The notes below the pieces were generated by a model. The model ran no database searches, was not told where the DNA came from, and was given only the letters and a program-made list of their open reading frames with translations. From positions 1 to 64,000 of the forward strand of contig JBDHKN010000033.1 in NCBI GenBank assembly GCA_039586365.1: 64,000 nt of DNA, in the 5' to 3' direction. The DNA is from Gemmatimonadota bacterium (GTDB lineage: Bacteria > Gemmatimonadota > Gemmatimonadetes > Gemmatimonadales > GWC2-71-9). Shown piece by piece: positions 1 to 9,191 of the stretch. Numbering within the stretch: the first letter of the stretch is position 1; each line of letters begins with the position of its first letter. The translations under genes were made by a program, and so were the position numbers.

Positions 1-84
1 CAAGCGCGGGTCGGTGACGACCCGTTCGATGTTCCCCCTCGTGAGATCGACTTCCAGGTTGAAACCTGTCTCTGCATATCTCAT
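1..84 (-). CDS. bamB: 5' end (28 codons, runs off window) of an aldehyde:ferredoxin oxidoreductase-family tungsten enzyme, BamB-like subunit of class II benzoyl-CoA reductase
   Basis: Manual translation from ATG at 84-82: MRYAETGFNLEVDLTRGNIERVVTDPRL. Closely matches the Geobacter metallireducens BamB N-terminus as I recall it (MRYAETGYVLEVDLTKGSIERVATDPR). Lies downstream of bcr/dch/had/oah. Confidence 0.8.
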   Translation of the reverse strand, partial: MRYAETGFNLEVDLTRGNIERVVTDPRL

Positions 85-114
85 TCGTCACTCGCTGCGT
101 CTTCGTTGGAGGTG

Positions 115-145
115 GAAGAGAAATACGCCGCCGCATGAGCCGGCG
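115..145 (-). terminator. Possible weak intrinsic terminator or attenuator before bamB
   Basis: Minus strand CGCCG-GCTCATGCGG-CGGCG followed by TATTTCTCTT; stem is only 5 bp. Confidence 0.25.
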
Positions 146-160
146 AACGGATTGCTCAGT

Positions 161-247
161 TCAAGCGTGTTTCCACGTCGGTTGTCGCTTCTCCAGGAAG
201 GAGTTGAGTCCCTCAAGAGCGTCGTCGTCCACCGCCATTGGCGTCAC
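161..247 (-). pseudogene. 28-codon remnant of an enoyl-CoA hydratase (Dch-like C-terminus)
   Basis: GTG at 247-245 overlaps the upstream TGA (GTGA). Translates [28 protein letters not shown]; compare the Dch C-terminus [24 protein letters not shown] near 4701-4775. Confidence 0.75.
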
Positions 248-555
248 TCTCTTTCCCTCTTCCGTGTGTAGATCGTCTGGAACTGGAGCAGCGCCACCAA
301 CTTGCAGTCCTCGCATTCATCACCCAGCTCGTGGGGTCCGAGCGCCCGGGTGCACACCTCGTAGCCGAGCTGCTCGTACAATTCCATGGCTTCACTGGCA
401 CGTTGCCTGTCAGCGACGAATCTTCGCTCCCAGCCGGCTGCGAGCAGTTCCGGATCAGCCTCGAGCTGCGTTTCAGATAGCAGCCGTCGTGCTTCCTGTT
501 CGACCACCGGGCCCATCCGCTCGGATATGTCGCGCTCGGATCCGCGGTTGCCCAT
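244..555 (-). CDS. Small hypothetical protein with CxxC motif, directly downstream of the reductase genes
   Basis: 103 aa; AGGAG RBS; 6 nt after the upstream stop; GWERRF and CEDC motifs. Confidence 0.7.
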   Translation of the reverse strand: MGNRGSERDISERMGPVVEQEARRLLSETQLEADPELLAAGWERRFVADRQRASEAMELYEQLGYEVCTRALGPHELGDECEDCKLVALLQFQTIYTRKRERE

Positions 556-561
556 ACTCCT

Positions 562-1383
562 CTAGACGCGGCCCAGCGCGGCACCGTCTCTGCTCAGCGT
601 GAGCAGCCGACGGTGCCCGAGTATTGCCGCTCCCAATGCCGCCGTGTACTGCACCAGATCGCCGGTTGGCACGTTTACCCCCGTCTTGAGTTCTTCACTC
701 ACCACGCGCACCATTGTCTCGAACCGCAGGATTCCACCTATCAGAGTGAACTCGGGTTCCATGCGCACTCGCTTCATCAGCTGTACGGACCTGCCCACGA
801 GGGACACTATCGCGCCATACATGATGTCGGCTGGGGCGACGCCTTCCGACAGATGGTTGATCACTTCCGATTCGGCGAACACGGCGCACACCCCTGAGAT
901 GGAACTGGCCTCCTTGGAAGTCGCCACGAGGGGACCGATCTCCGAGGTCGAATAGCCCATGTAGCGCGCCGTCTTCTCGAGGAACGCACCAGTACCGGCT
1001 GCGCACTTGTCGTTGAGGCGAAATGATTTGACCTTGGCGCCGTCGGTGAGGCGACTGGCCTTCATGGTCTGTCCGCCGACATCGAGAATAGTCCGGGTGT
1101 TGGGGAAGAAGTACGTCGCTCCTCGTGCACCCGCCGTCAGGTCGGTCACCTGGACGTCGCTGAAAGTGGCCTGGTGGCGGCCGATACCCGTCGCAACCAC
1201 ATAGGTCACGACGTCCGGGGACAGGCCCGCAGCGGCGACCGCCTTCTTGTACGTGTTGTCCGCGACTTCCGCCAACTTGAATCCAGTTGGCTCCATCGCG
1301 CGGCCTACGATCTCTTTGCCTTCGCTCAGGATGAGCGCCTTGGTATAGGTCGAGCCAATATCGATGCCGGCCGTGTAGGTCAT
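562..1383 (-). CDS. bcrD: Class I benzoyl-CoA reductase ATP-binding activator subunit (BcrD-like, ASKHA fold)
   Basis: [37 protein letters not shown] overlap with upstream gene. A versus D label follows gene order. Confidence 0.85.
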   Translation of the reverse strand: MTYTAGIDIGSTYTKALILSEGKEIVGRAMEPTGFKLAEVADNTYKKAVAAAGLSPDVVTYVVATGIGRHQATFSDVQVTDLTAGARGATYFFPNTRTILDVGGQTMKASRLTDGAKVKSFRLNDKCAAGTGAFLEKTARYMGYSTSEIGPLVATSKEASSISGVCAVFAESEVINHLSEGVAPADIMYGAIVSLVGRSVQLMKRVRMEPEFTLIGGILRFETMVRVVSEELKTGVNVPTGDLVQYTAALGAAILGHRRLLTLSRDGAALGRV

Positions 1384-2198
1384 GACGCGTCACTCCGATC
1401 CTTGTGCGGTACTCGACTGGCGAAGATGTGATCGAGACCAAACAACGCCGCACCGAGTGCGCCCATGTAGTGCGACTCTTCACTCACGTTCACCTTGGTG
1501 CCAAGGCGCTCGTTGAGTGTGGCTATCATGGCGAGATTGCGAGCAACGCCCCCGGTGAACGTCACCTCGTCCTCAATGCCCACCCTACGTAACAGGCCGA
1601 CGGAGCGAGTGGCGATGGACTGATGCACGCCGAGCAGGATGTCTTCGATCTTCTTACCCTTGCCCAACCATGACAGCACCTCGGACTCGGCAAAGACAGT
1701 GCACGTCGTGCTGATCTTGACCGGTCTCTCTCCTTTCAACGCGGTAGGTCCTAGCTCTGCGAGCGGGATATCCAGAGCGCTGGAAGCGGCACCCAGAAAG
1801 CGTCCGGTCCCCGCAGCGCATTTGTCGTTCATGCAGAAGTCAACTATCTCTCCACTGCCGGAAACACGGATGGCCTTAGTGTCCTGGCCACCCATGTCGA
1901 CTACGGTCCGGGTGTCGGGGAACATGTGGACGGCACCGCGCCCGTGACAGGAGATCTCTGTCACCTGCGTGTTGCCGAACGTGACCTTGTAGCGACCGTA
2001 ACCCGTACCCACCACGTACTCGATCTCCTCTTCCCGCAGGTCTCCCGCATGCAGTGCTTCTTGGAATGCGTGCTCCGCGGCGCGCATGACGTTAGCGCCG
2101 GTCTCCGTCAGCGCCCGGGACACGATTTCCTTTTCCTCGTTGACGATCACGGCTTTGGTCTGAGTGGAGCCGACATCCACACCGGCTGCATAGGCCAT
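1380..2198 (-). CDS. bcrA: Class I benzoyl-CoA reductase ATP-binding activator subunit (short BcrA/BzdQ-like)
   Basis: [51 protein letters not shown]. Confidence 0.85.
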   Translation of the reverse strand: MAYAAGVDVGSTQTKAVIVNEEKEIVSRALTETGANVMRAAEHAFQEALHAGDLREEEIEYVVGTGYGRYKVTFGNTQVTEISCHGRGAVHMFPDTRTVVDMGGQDTKAIRVSGSGEIVDFCMNDKCAAGTGRFLGAASSALDIPLAELGPTALKGERPVKISTTCTVFAESEVLSWLGKGKKIEDILLGVHQSIATRSVGLLRRVGIEDEVTFTGGVARNLAMIATLNERLGTKVNVSEESHYMGALGAALFGLDHIFASRVPHKDRSDAS

Positions 2199-2220
2199 GA
2201 GTTCTCCTTTCCCTTACGGT

Positions 2221-3522
2221 CTATGCCAGGTCGACGGCAGCCCGGTGGCGCCGTGATGCCAATCCTTCGAAGAAGGCGTCCACCCGATTCTTTAGTTGTG
2301 CTTCCGACACTACTCGCTGGTCCATCAGGTCGGACTCTATGAACAGACTTGGGATATCCCGTGTCTCCAGCAGTTCCCGCCGGTTGTCTGCCAACCCGGT
2401 CGACACAGTGCGGCAACTCTTGATGGGGTGGTATACGATTCCATCCGCACTGTACTCGTCGATCATCTGCAATAGTGCGTTTGACTGGAAGAACATGCTG
2501 TCCATCGCGTCACGCACGCCTATCAGGACACCCTCCGCAAGACTCTCCAACGGATTCTCGAGATCGTATTGGTACCCCAGATTCGAGCCGCCCGACGCAA
2601 ACCACAGATAGGTTGAGTTTACGAAGGTGCCTCCCAGCTCGGTGAAGAACTCGTTGAAGCGGCGAAATATCGGGTAGCACGGCACTCCCACGAATATCAG
2701 GCGGTAGTGCTCGTCGGTCAGAGTGCCGATTCCGTTCGCGGCCTTGTATTCCATCTCTTCCACCAGGTCGGTGAAGTACCTGGCGCCGACCGGCGAACCC
2801 CTGAAGCCGTTGGCGACCCCGAGGTAGATGGTGCCATCGGACAGGGCGTTGAACAGAGACGGGCGGCTCTGGTTCAACTCGAGGAGTCGTTGCCACGCCT
2901 GGTTCATGGTGTTGGTGTGCGCCATCGCTTCCCGCAGCCTGGCCACATCGAACCGCTTGCCGGTTACCTGCTCCAGCAGGGCGATCAACTCCCGAATCTG
3001 AGCGGCAACATAGCGTCTATCGTTGTCGAAATCGGGATCGCCGGGCCATGTCTGGCCCCCCGCTTGGCGAGTTCCCGGCACATCCAGCGTGAAGGTGGGT
3101 ACGCCGTGCATCCGCTCCCAGATCTCTGCCCACTTGATGTAAGTGTTGCACGCGTTGGTGTAGACGGCGATGGCCGGTTTTGGTATCCGTCCCATTGGGA
3201 GTACACCCGCGCGCAGTTGGGTGGCCACGTCGGCTTTCACATAGCCACAGATGTCCGGCGAGTAGCCATAGTCTTCCGCTTCATTCAGGTACTCAAGGGC
3301 TACTCGGCGCACGGCGGTCTGCAGTGAGTTGATCTCTGGAAAGACAATCGGCAGGTCGAAGGTCCGTAGCAGCTCCGACATGCTGCCCATGACGAACACG
3401 TACGCTCCGCCCCTGCCCTGTTCCGCAGCCTCGGTGAGTCCCTCAAACCACGTTCGAAAGAGTTGGGCACCCTCCTTGTTGCCCCGGCCGACCATGGTCC
3501 CATCAATTTTCAGGTCTGTCAT
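2221..3522 (-). CDS. bcrB: Benzoyl-CoA reductase subunit B (2-hydroxyacyl-CoA dehydratase family)
   Basis: PEINSLQ...AEDYGYSPDICGYVKAD, NACNTYIKW, KSCR; resembles Thauera-type BcrB. Confidence 0.88.
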   Translation of the reverse strand: MTDLKIDGTMVGRGNKEGAQLFRTWFEGLTEAAEQGRGGAYVFVMGSMSELLRTFDLPIVFPEINSLQTAVRRVALEYLNEAEDYGYSPDICGYVKADVATQLRAGVLPMGRIPKPAIAVYTNACNTYIKWAEIWERMHGVPTFTLDVPGTRQAGGQTWPGDPDFDNDRRYVAAQIRELIALLEQVTGKRFDVARLREAMAHTNTMNQAWQRLLELNQSRPSLFNALSDGTIYLGVANGFRGSPVGARYFTDLVEEMEYKAANGIGTLTDEHYRLIFVGVPCYPIFRRFNEFFTELGGTFVNSTYLWFASGGSNLGYQYDLENPLESLAEGVLIGVRDAMDSMFFQSNALLQMIDEYSADGIVYHPIKSCRTVSTGLADNRRELLETRDIPSLFIESDLMDQRVVSEAQLKNRVDAFFEGLASRRHRAAVDLA

Positions 3523-3534
3523 CAGTCCTCTTTC

Positions 3535-4704
3535 TCAATCGAAGAGAATGTTCTCCACAAAGGTCTCCAGTTGGATCTCGAGCTGTTCGAAGCTCGTCAT
3601 GTTCTCCTCGAACTCGCTGACGAAATACGGCACATTTTCCCGGTCTAGGGCGCGCGTGTAGGCGACTTGCTCCTCCAATCCCGGTTCACACATCTTGGCA
3701 GCCGTGACGATCGCTGCCTGGGCCCGAGAATCTGCGATGCGCTGGAGCAGCATCTTCTCCTTGGGCTTACGCAGGTCGTGTTGCACCGGGCTGTAGGAGG
3801 ATTGTTCCAGGTAAGCTGCGGCCAGATTGAACAACGGGTCACCATCGACGGGCACGTCTTCCAGGATCCAGCGCAGTCCGATGAGCAGGTCGTCGTCCAC
3901 GACATAGCACGACCGGCCGATGGCCCGGATCAAGTCCAGCGGTGGCTGTTCGCAGAACCCGCCCTCGAATACCACACGTATCCTGTCCTGCCGCTTGGCT
4001 GGCCGCTGCTTGATCAAGGGCAAGACGGTATGGAGCAAAGCGTTGTGTTCTTCCCTGGTAACCAGGCCTCCCAGGGCTACCAGTACGTATGTCTCGTCCA
4101 AGGACACCAGCCACGGAGAATCGCGCTTGATGGTGTACAGCTCGCGCAGCAAAGCTCGGTTCTCGTTGAACACGCTCAGCGAGTGGCGCAGCTGGTCGTC
4201 GGTGATGCTGCAGTCGGCGATGTCCTCGATGCTGCGCCGCAGCCGATCGTACTCACCGCGGAGATACTCAAGCGCGTGCTGCGAGTTGGCGTTCTGGGGG
4301 AGGTATAGGATTTGACATGGGTAGCTGAAGTTCCGTCCCCACACGGCCGCCAGATTGCGCGCGGCGTCGCAGATCGGGTGCGTCACGAACATGTCCAATT
4401 CCACGCTGTTGGCCAGCACCAGCTCCAGTGATGTCTTGATGATAGAGCACAGGTAGGACCCAAAGCGGGAGTCTGCATTGGTCGCCTCTACAGGCGCCCC
4501 CCGGACCTTGAAGGGCAGTACGCCCGCGGCGTGCGCGATCTCCTCGGGAAAGTAGACCTGGAAATGGCCGACGATCTTCCCTCCCGCTTCGCGCCAGCGT
4601 CGCAGCGTCGGGAAGTTGGTGTCCTCCACGAGTTCCCGGCAGTGATAGAGAATCTCGTCGAGGGGTTTGCCCCGCCACTCGGGAAGAAGCCGGTCGTTGA
4701 TCAC
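3535..4704 (-). CDS. bcrC: Benzoyl-CoA reductase subunit C
   Basis: [49 protein letters not shown] align with Thauera BcrC. Start placed at GTG 4704 (GTGA overlap with dch stop). Confidence 0.88.
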   Translation of the reverse strand: MINDRLLPEWRGKPLDEILYHCRELVEDTNFPTLRRWREAGGKIVGHFQVYFPEEIAHAAGVLPFKVRGAPVEATNADSRFGSYLCSIIKTSLELVLANSVELDMFVTHPICDAARNLAAVWGRNFSYPCQILYLPQNANSQHALEYLRGEYDRLRRSIEDIADCSITDDQLRHSLSVFNENRALLRELYTIKRDSPWLVSLDETYVLVALGGLVTREEHNALLHTVLPLIKQRPAKRQDRIRVVFEGGFCEQPPLDLIRAIGRSCYVVDDDLLIGLRWILEDVPVDGDPLFNLAAAYLEQSSYSPVQHDLRKPKEKMLLQRIADSRAQAAIVTAAKMCEPGLEEQVAYTRALDRENVPYFVSEFEENMTSFEQLEIQLETFVENILFD

Positions 4705-5459
4705 CGATGCTTCCACTCAGGTTGCCGTTTCTCCAGGAACGAACTGAGTCCCTCCAAAGCGTCCTCCGTCGCCATCAGGTCGTCGACGTAGACCTTCCCT
4801 GCCGCCGACATCGCGGCGGTTCTCGTGACGGCCGTAGCGGCTCGCAGGGTACGCTTGGCAATTCGTAGAGCGGCACTGCTGTGTCGTGCGATGCGGTTGG
4901 CGACTTCGAGTGCGTAGTCGTTCAATTGGTCTTCAGGCACTACCTGCCACACTATCCCCGCCGCTGCTGCCTGCGCGGCACTGAGTGGATCTCCGGTGAA
5001 CACGATCTCGGACGCGACACCGCGCGAACAGATACTGGGCAGTAGTGCCACTGCTGCTGGGGGAATCACGCCCAGCAATATCTCCGGTTGTCCGAACTTG
5101 GCGCCCTCGCTCGCGACGACGAGATCCACTGCCTGGATCAACTCGAACCCACCTCCCAGGCAACGGCCCTGAACAGTTGCGATGACGGGCACAGGAAACG
5201 CGTCGATTGCTGCGACGGTGTCGAGGAATTCAGGGATCATCTCCCGGTAGTGAGGCGGCAGATGCTCGCCTACATCAGCCCCCGCCGAGAAGTGCTTGCC
5301 TTCGGAACTGAGCAGGAGTACCCGCAGGGATTGGTCGCCCTGGAGACTCTCCAGTTCGCGGCGCAGCGCCGCCATTACATCTCTGGTGAGAATGTTGAGC
5401 GGAGGATTGCACATCCTAACACGGCCAATACCGTCTGCGACGGCGACTTCGATCGTCAT
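4701..5459 (-). CDS. dch: Cyclohexa-1,5-diene-1-carbonyl-CoA hydratase (crotonase family)
   Basis: [35 protein letters not shown]; adjacent to bcrC. Confidence 0.85.
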   Translation of the reverse strand: MTIEVAVADGIGRVRMCNPPLNILTRDVMAALRRELESLQGDQSLRVLLLSSEGKHFSAGADVGEHLPPHYREMIPEFLDTVAAIDAFPVPVIATVQGRCLGGGFELIQAVDLVVASEGAKFGQPEILLGVIPPAAVALLPSICSRGVASEIVFTGDPLSAAQAAAAGIVWQVVPEDQLNDYALEVANRIARHSSAALRIAKRTLRAATAVTRTAAMSAAGKVYVDDLMATEDALEGLSSFLEKRQPEWKHR

Positions 5460-5521
5460 TGGTTCTCGCTCCGTGTCTGAGTTCTGCTGGCGACGGTAGT
5501 CAGGCAGACGCTAGCTCGGCC

Positions 5522-5974
5522 TCACCAAGTGCGCTCCACCTGCGACCAGGTCGTGCCGGGCTGCTCCAGGCTATAGTAGACCTTGATGTCTTCCACCTCT
5601 TCGAAGATGCGGGGCACCACCTGAAGCTCCATCCCGATCTCGATAGCCTTCTCTGGCACGCTGTCCCCGAACCAGGCAAGCGCACGGCCACCCTCGGCGA
5701 GATCCACCACCCCCACGATGTAGGGGACCTCGTCCTCGAAGCCCGTGGGTGCAGCCACGATCTTGGTGAACGTGTTGAGTGTGGCTTTGCCGCTGACTTC
5801 ATAGAACTCGAAGTCACCGCTGGTGCACGCCTCGCAGTCAGCTCGTGGTGGAAAGGAGGTCGCACCGCACTTCTTGCAGCGCGAGCCCATGAGGTGCCCA
5901 TCCCTCAAGTAACGGGCGAAATCGCTGACCTTCGTGTACGGCGTGAAATTGACCTTCCCAAACCACTCGAACAT
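5522..5974 (-). CDS. DUF35 Zn-ribbon/OB-fold protein (thiolase partner)
   Basis: CKKC...PPRADCEAC Zn ribbon followed by OB-fold; directly downstream of the thiolase. Confidence 0.9.
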   Translation of the reverse strand: MFEWFGKVNFTPYTKVSDFARYLRDGHLMGSRCKKCGATSFPPRADCEACTSGDFEFYEVSGKATLNTFTKIVAAPTGFEDEVPYIVGVVDLAEGGRALAWFGDSVPEKAIEIGMELQVVPRIFEEVEDIKVYYSLEQPGTTWSQVERTW

Positions 5975-5977
5975 CGA

Positions 5978-7132
5978 TCAATCCCTCTTCAAGACTTGAA
6001 CGAAACAATACTGACCGATGCCGCCGACATTGTGTGTCAGGCCGACATCGGCGTCGGGAACTTGGCGTTCTCCCGCCTCGCCGCGCAGTTGCTTGGCGAT
6101 CTCGTACGTCATCGAAACACCGGTTGCGCCGATCGGGTGACCCTTGGCCTTCAGACCGCCATCAACGTTGACGGCTACCTTGCCTCCGATGTAGGACTGG
6201 CGCTCTGCGATGAACGGTCCTCCTGCTCCCTTCTTGCAGAACCCGAGATCCTCGTATGCCATTATCTCGGCGACCGTGAAGCAGTCGTGCACATCCGCTA
6301 CTTTGACGTCTTCCGGTCCGATTCCCGCCATTGCGTAGGCGTCGGCCGCTGCCTTCTCTGCGCTGGGTAGACCTGTGAGACTGGGTCGTCTCAGCACCGA
6401 CATGCTGGCGGTCGCGCATGCCATCCCGTCCAACCAGACCGTATGCTGAGTTATCTCCCTGGCACGCGCTTCAGTTGCCAGGATCACACAGGCAGCACCG
6501 TCTGCGTTTGCGCAGCAGTCGTACACTTGGAACGGCGTCGCGACCTCTTCGGATGCGGTGGCCTTCTCCAGGGTGATCTCTTTTCTGAACAGAGCGTTGG
6601 GGTTCTTGGCGCCATAGAAGTGGTTCTTCACAGCGACCTGCAATAGCTGCTCGCGAGTCGTGCCGTACTCATGCATGTGGCGTTTGGCGAACATCGCGTA
6701 GTAGCCGGGGAACGTGGTTCCGAACCCGGACTCCCATTGCACTTCACCCACTCTGCCCATCAGTGCGAGGATCTCGGCCGTAGACATCTCGGTCATCTTC
6801 TGGCAACCGATGACAGCCACGACATCGTGAAGGCCGGCCTTGATCGACATCCAGGCGGTACGAATGGCTGCACTGCCCGACGCACAGGCGACCTCAGTGA
6901 GCCAAGTCGGCTTCGGCACGAGCCCAAGGTACTCTTGCACGACACCCGCGAGGGACCGCTGCTTGTGGTACTCGGGAACTGCACCGATGACCGATGCGTC
7001 AATGGCAGCCCGATCGATACCCGCATCGTCCAGCGCATCTCGGAAGGCTTCGAATGCCAGTTCTTGCACAGTGGCATCGCTGCGACGGCCGAAAACACCG
7101 TGTCCTACTCCAACGATTCCGACTCTAGTCAT
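5978..7132 (-). CDS. Thiolase, SCP-x/archaeal-type acetyl-CoA C-acyltransferase
   Basis: EVACASGS (catalytic Cys), VHDCFT, GGLKAKGHPIGATG, HNVGG. Confidence 0.92.
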   Translation of the reverse strand: MTRVGIVGVGHGVFGRRSDATVQELAFEAFRDALDDAGIDRAAIDASVIGAVPEYHKQRSLAGVVQEYLGLVPKPTWLTEVACASGSAAIRTAWMSIKAGLHDVVAVIGCQKMTEMSTAEILALMGRVGEVQWESGFGTTFPGYYAMFAKRHMHEYGTTREQLLQVAVKNHFYGAKNPNALFRKEITLEKATASEEVATPFQVYDCCANADGAACVILATEARAREITQHTVWLDGMACATASMSVLRRPSLTGLPSAEKAAADAYAMAGIGPEDVKVADVHDCFTVAEIMAYEDLGFCKKGAGGPFIAERQSYIGGKVAVNVDGGLKAKGHPIGATGVSMTYEIAKQLRGEAGERQVPDADVGLTHNVGGIGQYCFVQVLKRD

Positions 7133-7149
7133 AGTCCTCTCACGGACGG

Positions 7150-7899
7150 CTACATGTACTGTCCGCCGTCGATCTTGATTGTCTCACCTGTGATATGGCG
7201 TGCTCGATCGGAACAGAGAAAAGCGACCAGATCGGCGCACTCTTCCGCTGTCGCAAATCGGCCCAGCACCGTTTCGCTCATTGCCTTGGTCAGGAACTCA
7301 GGGGGGATGTTTCGGGCCATGTCGGTCATGACCATTCCGGGAGCAACCACGTTGACGTTCACGTTGAACTTGCCCAGCTCCCGGGCCAGTGACTTGCTCA
7401 GCGCTATCTCCCCACCCTTGGAGGCGGCGTAATTGGTTTGGGCAAACTTGCCCCGCAATCCGTTGATCGAGGAAATGTTGACGATCTTGCCGCTCTTCTG
7501 GTCCTTGAAGACTATGGCGGCGGCTTTGTTGTAGTTGAAGTAGCCTTTCAAATTCACATTGATCACGGTGTCCCACTGTTCTTCCGTCATCTTCCAGATC
7601 ACGCCGTCCCAGTTGATACCGGCGTTGCACACCATGATGTCCAGACTGCCGAACTGCTCGACAACAGAGCGTACCATGTTCTGGGCGTCGTCGTAGCTAC
7701 TCACGTCCGCCTTTATCGCCAGCCCGCGGCGACCCAACTTCTCAACTTCTCGGATCACCTGTTTCGCTTCGGTGTCATGCCGCCGATAGTTGATGGCTAC
7801 GTTGCAGCCTTCCTTTGCCAGCGTCACGGCGATGGCAGAGCCTATGCCGAGGCTACCTCCCGTAACGATGGCGTTCTTGCCTTCCAATCCTAGGTCCAT
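7150..7899 (-). CDS. Short-chain dehydrogenase (FabG-like; candidate 3-hydroxypimeloyl-CoA dehydrogenase)
   Basis: TGGSLGIG, NAG, YAASK motifs; substrate inferred from context only. Confidence 0.85.
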   Translation of the reverse strand: MDLGLEGKNAIVTGGSLGIGSAIAVTLAKEGCNVAINYRRHDTEAKQVIREVEKLGRRGLAIKADVSSYDDAQNMVRSVVEQFGSLDIMVCNAGINWDGVIWKMTEEQWDTVINVNLKGYFNYNKAAAIVFKDQKSGKIVNISSINGLRGKFAQTNYAASKGGEIALSKSLARELGKFNVNVNVVAPGMVMTDMARNIPPEFLTKAMSETVLGRFATAEECADLVAFLCSDRARHITGETIKIDGGQYM

Positions 7900-8057
7900 A
7901 CCAGCCTTTCCCCTTCCATTCCGCTCACGGACTCGCCTGGCCCGTGCTCCACTGCTTCAGGTCGTTTGCGGTGCTTGCCGCACGCCAACAGGGCCGGCAA
8001 CCGCAGGATCGAGTCGGTGTGGCGCGAGGGTACTGGGGTGCGCCCGCGCCACGTCGA

Positions 8058-9149
8058 TCAAGTTTCTTGATACTGTGGCGAGATTGCCCGTATCAGCTCG
8101 TCATCCCAGGGATGTCCCTGTGCGAGTAGCTGGCGCAGCTTGATGAAATCGACTTCCCGTTTGTCCTTGGGACCCTCGTTGAATGCCCGAAAACCGGCCT
8201 TGGCTTCGGTCATCATATTGAGTGCAAGCCATTCACGGTTCGTGACGTTGGTGTTGTCCCAGTGCCACTGCTTGTGCTTGCGGAGACCGTTCACTGTCTT
8301 GGACACACAGTCCGGCATCAGCATCAGAATCTTGGTGCATAGAGCTTCCACAGCCTCGTCCAGCTTGCTGAGATCTGTCTCCGCTTTTGCCAAGATCTCC
8401 TTAGCCGCGTTCCTCTCGGCACCCACCTTGAAGTCCCCGTAGACGATGTTGCCGAACTCGTCGACAAACCGATCGGTGATGACCATCGGGTTGGGAATCC
8501 ACTTGCCGTCTACCTTGAGGACCGGTACGATCTGGTTCAACAGACCAATGAACAAGGCCTTGTGGGCGCTCCACATATCGCAGAGGATTCCGCTCTCCAT
8601 CGCACGGGAGAACCCGACATAGAGCGGTAGAAAGTCGGTGGAGCCACCGTCGGGTGCCGATCCGTGTTTGGGTCCAGCCTGTCCAAAGCGAGCGGTGTCG
8701 GCGGCTACGGAGAAATCGCAGGCCATCCCGATCTCCTGACCGCCTGCTATGCGCATGCCGTTGACACGATTGATGACCGGTTTGTCGCACCGCAGGATGG
8801 AATCGATCATGTCATTGAACAGTCGCATGTATTGCTTGTACTCCTGCGGGTTGCCCGCATAGTACTCGGCGTACTCCTTGGTGTTTCCGCCCGTACAGAA
8901 TGCCTTGTCACCGACAGCCGTGAAGACACATGCGACCACACTGCGATCCATGCTGGCCTGTCGGAACGCAAGGATCACCTCCTTGACCGCGTCTGTGGTG
9001 TAGCTGTTGAACTGTTTTGGGTTGTCCAGGGTTATCCACGCATTGTGCAGACCGTCCACCGGGTTGCCCGCCGGGTTGAGGACGGGACGAAGCTCATACT
9101 GGATCTCTGTGAATTTCAGATCGTCGACGAGGGTGTGACTATTCAGCAT
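8058..9149 (-). CDS. oah: 6-oxocyclohex-1-ene-1-carbonyl-CoA hydrolase (Oah/BamA, Thauera/Geobacter-type)
   Basis: LDNPKQFNSYTT, AFCTGGNTKEYAEYYAGNPQEY, NGMRIAGGQEIG, GQAGPKHGSAP signatures. Confidence 0.96.
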   Translation of the reverse strand: MLNSHTLVDDLKFTEIQYELRPVLNPAGNPVDGLHNAWITLDNPKQFNSYTTDAVKEVILAFRQASMDRSVVACVFTAVGDKAFCTGGNTKEYAEYYAGNPQEYKQYMRLFNDMIDSILRCDKPVINRVNGMRIAGGQEIGMACDFSVAADTARFGQAGPKHGSAPDGGSTDFLPLYVGFSRAMESGILCDMWSAHKALFIGLLNQIVPVLKVDGKWIPNPMVITDRFVDEFGNIVYGDFKVGAERNAAKEILAKAETDLSKLDEAVEALCTKILMLMPDCVSKTVNGLRKHKQWHWDNTNVTNREWLALNMMTEAKAGFRAFNEGPKDKREVDFIKLRQLLAQGHPWDDELIRAISPQYQET

Positions 9150-9191
9150 GGTTGCTGTCTCCCATTCTAGCGGTTCACGGATGCAGTGTCT

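Noticed and set aside
562..4704. 2-hydroxyacyl-CoA dehydratase (Hgd/Fld) system instead of a reductase
   Set aside because: Two distinct activator genes plus adjacent dch, had and oah indicate benzoyl-CoA reductase.
7900..8057. Structured ncRNA between oah and the SDR
   Set aside because: Short GC-rich inverted repeats (GTGGCGCG/CGCGCCAC) are expected at this GC content; no recognisable family.
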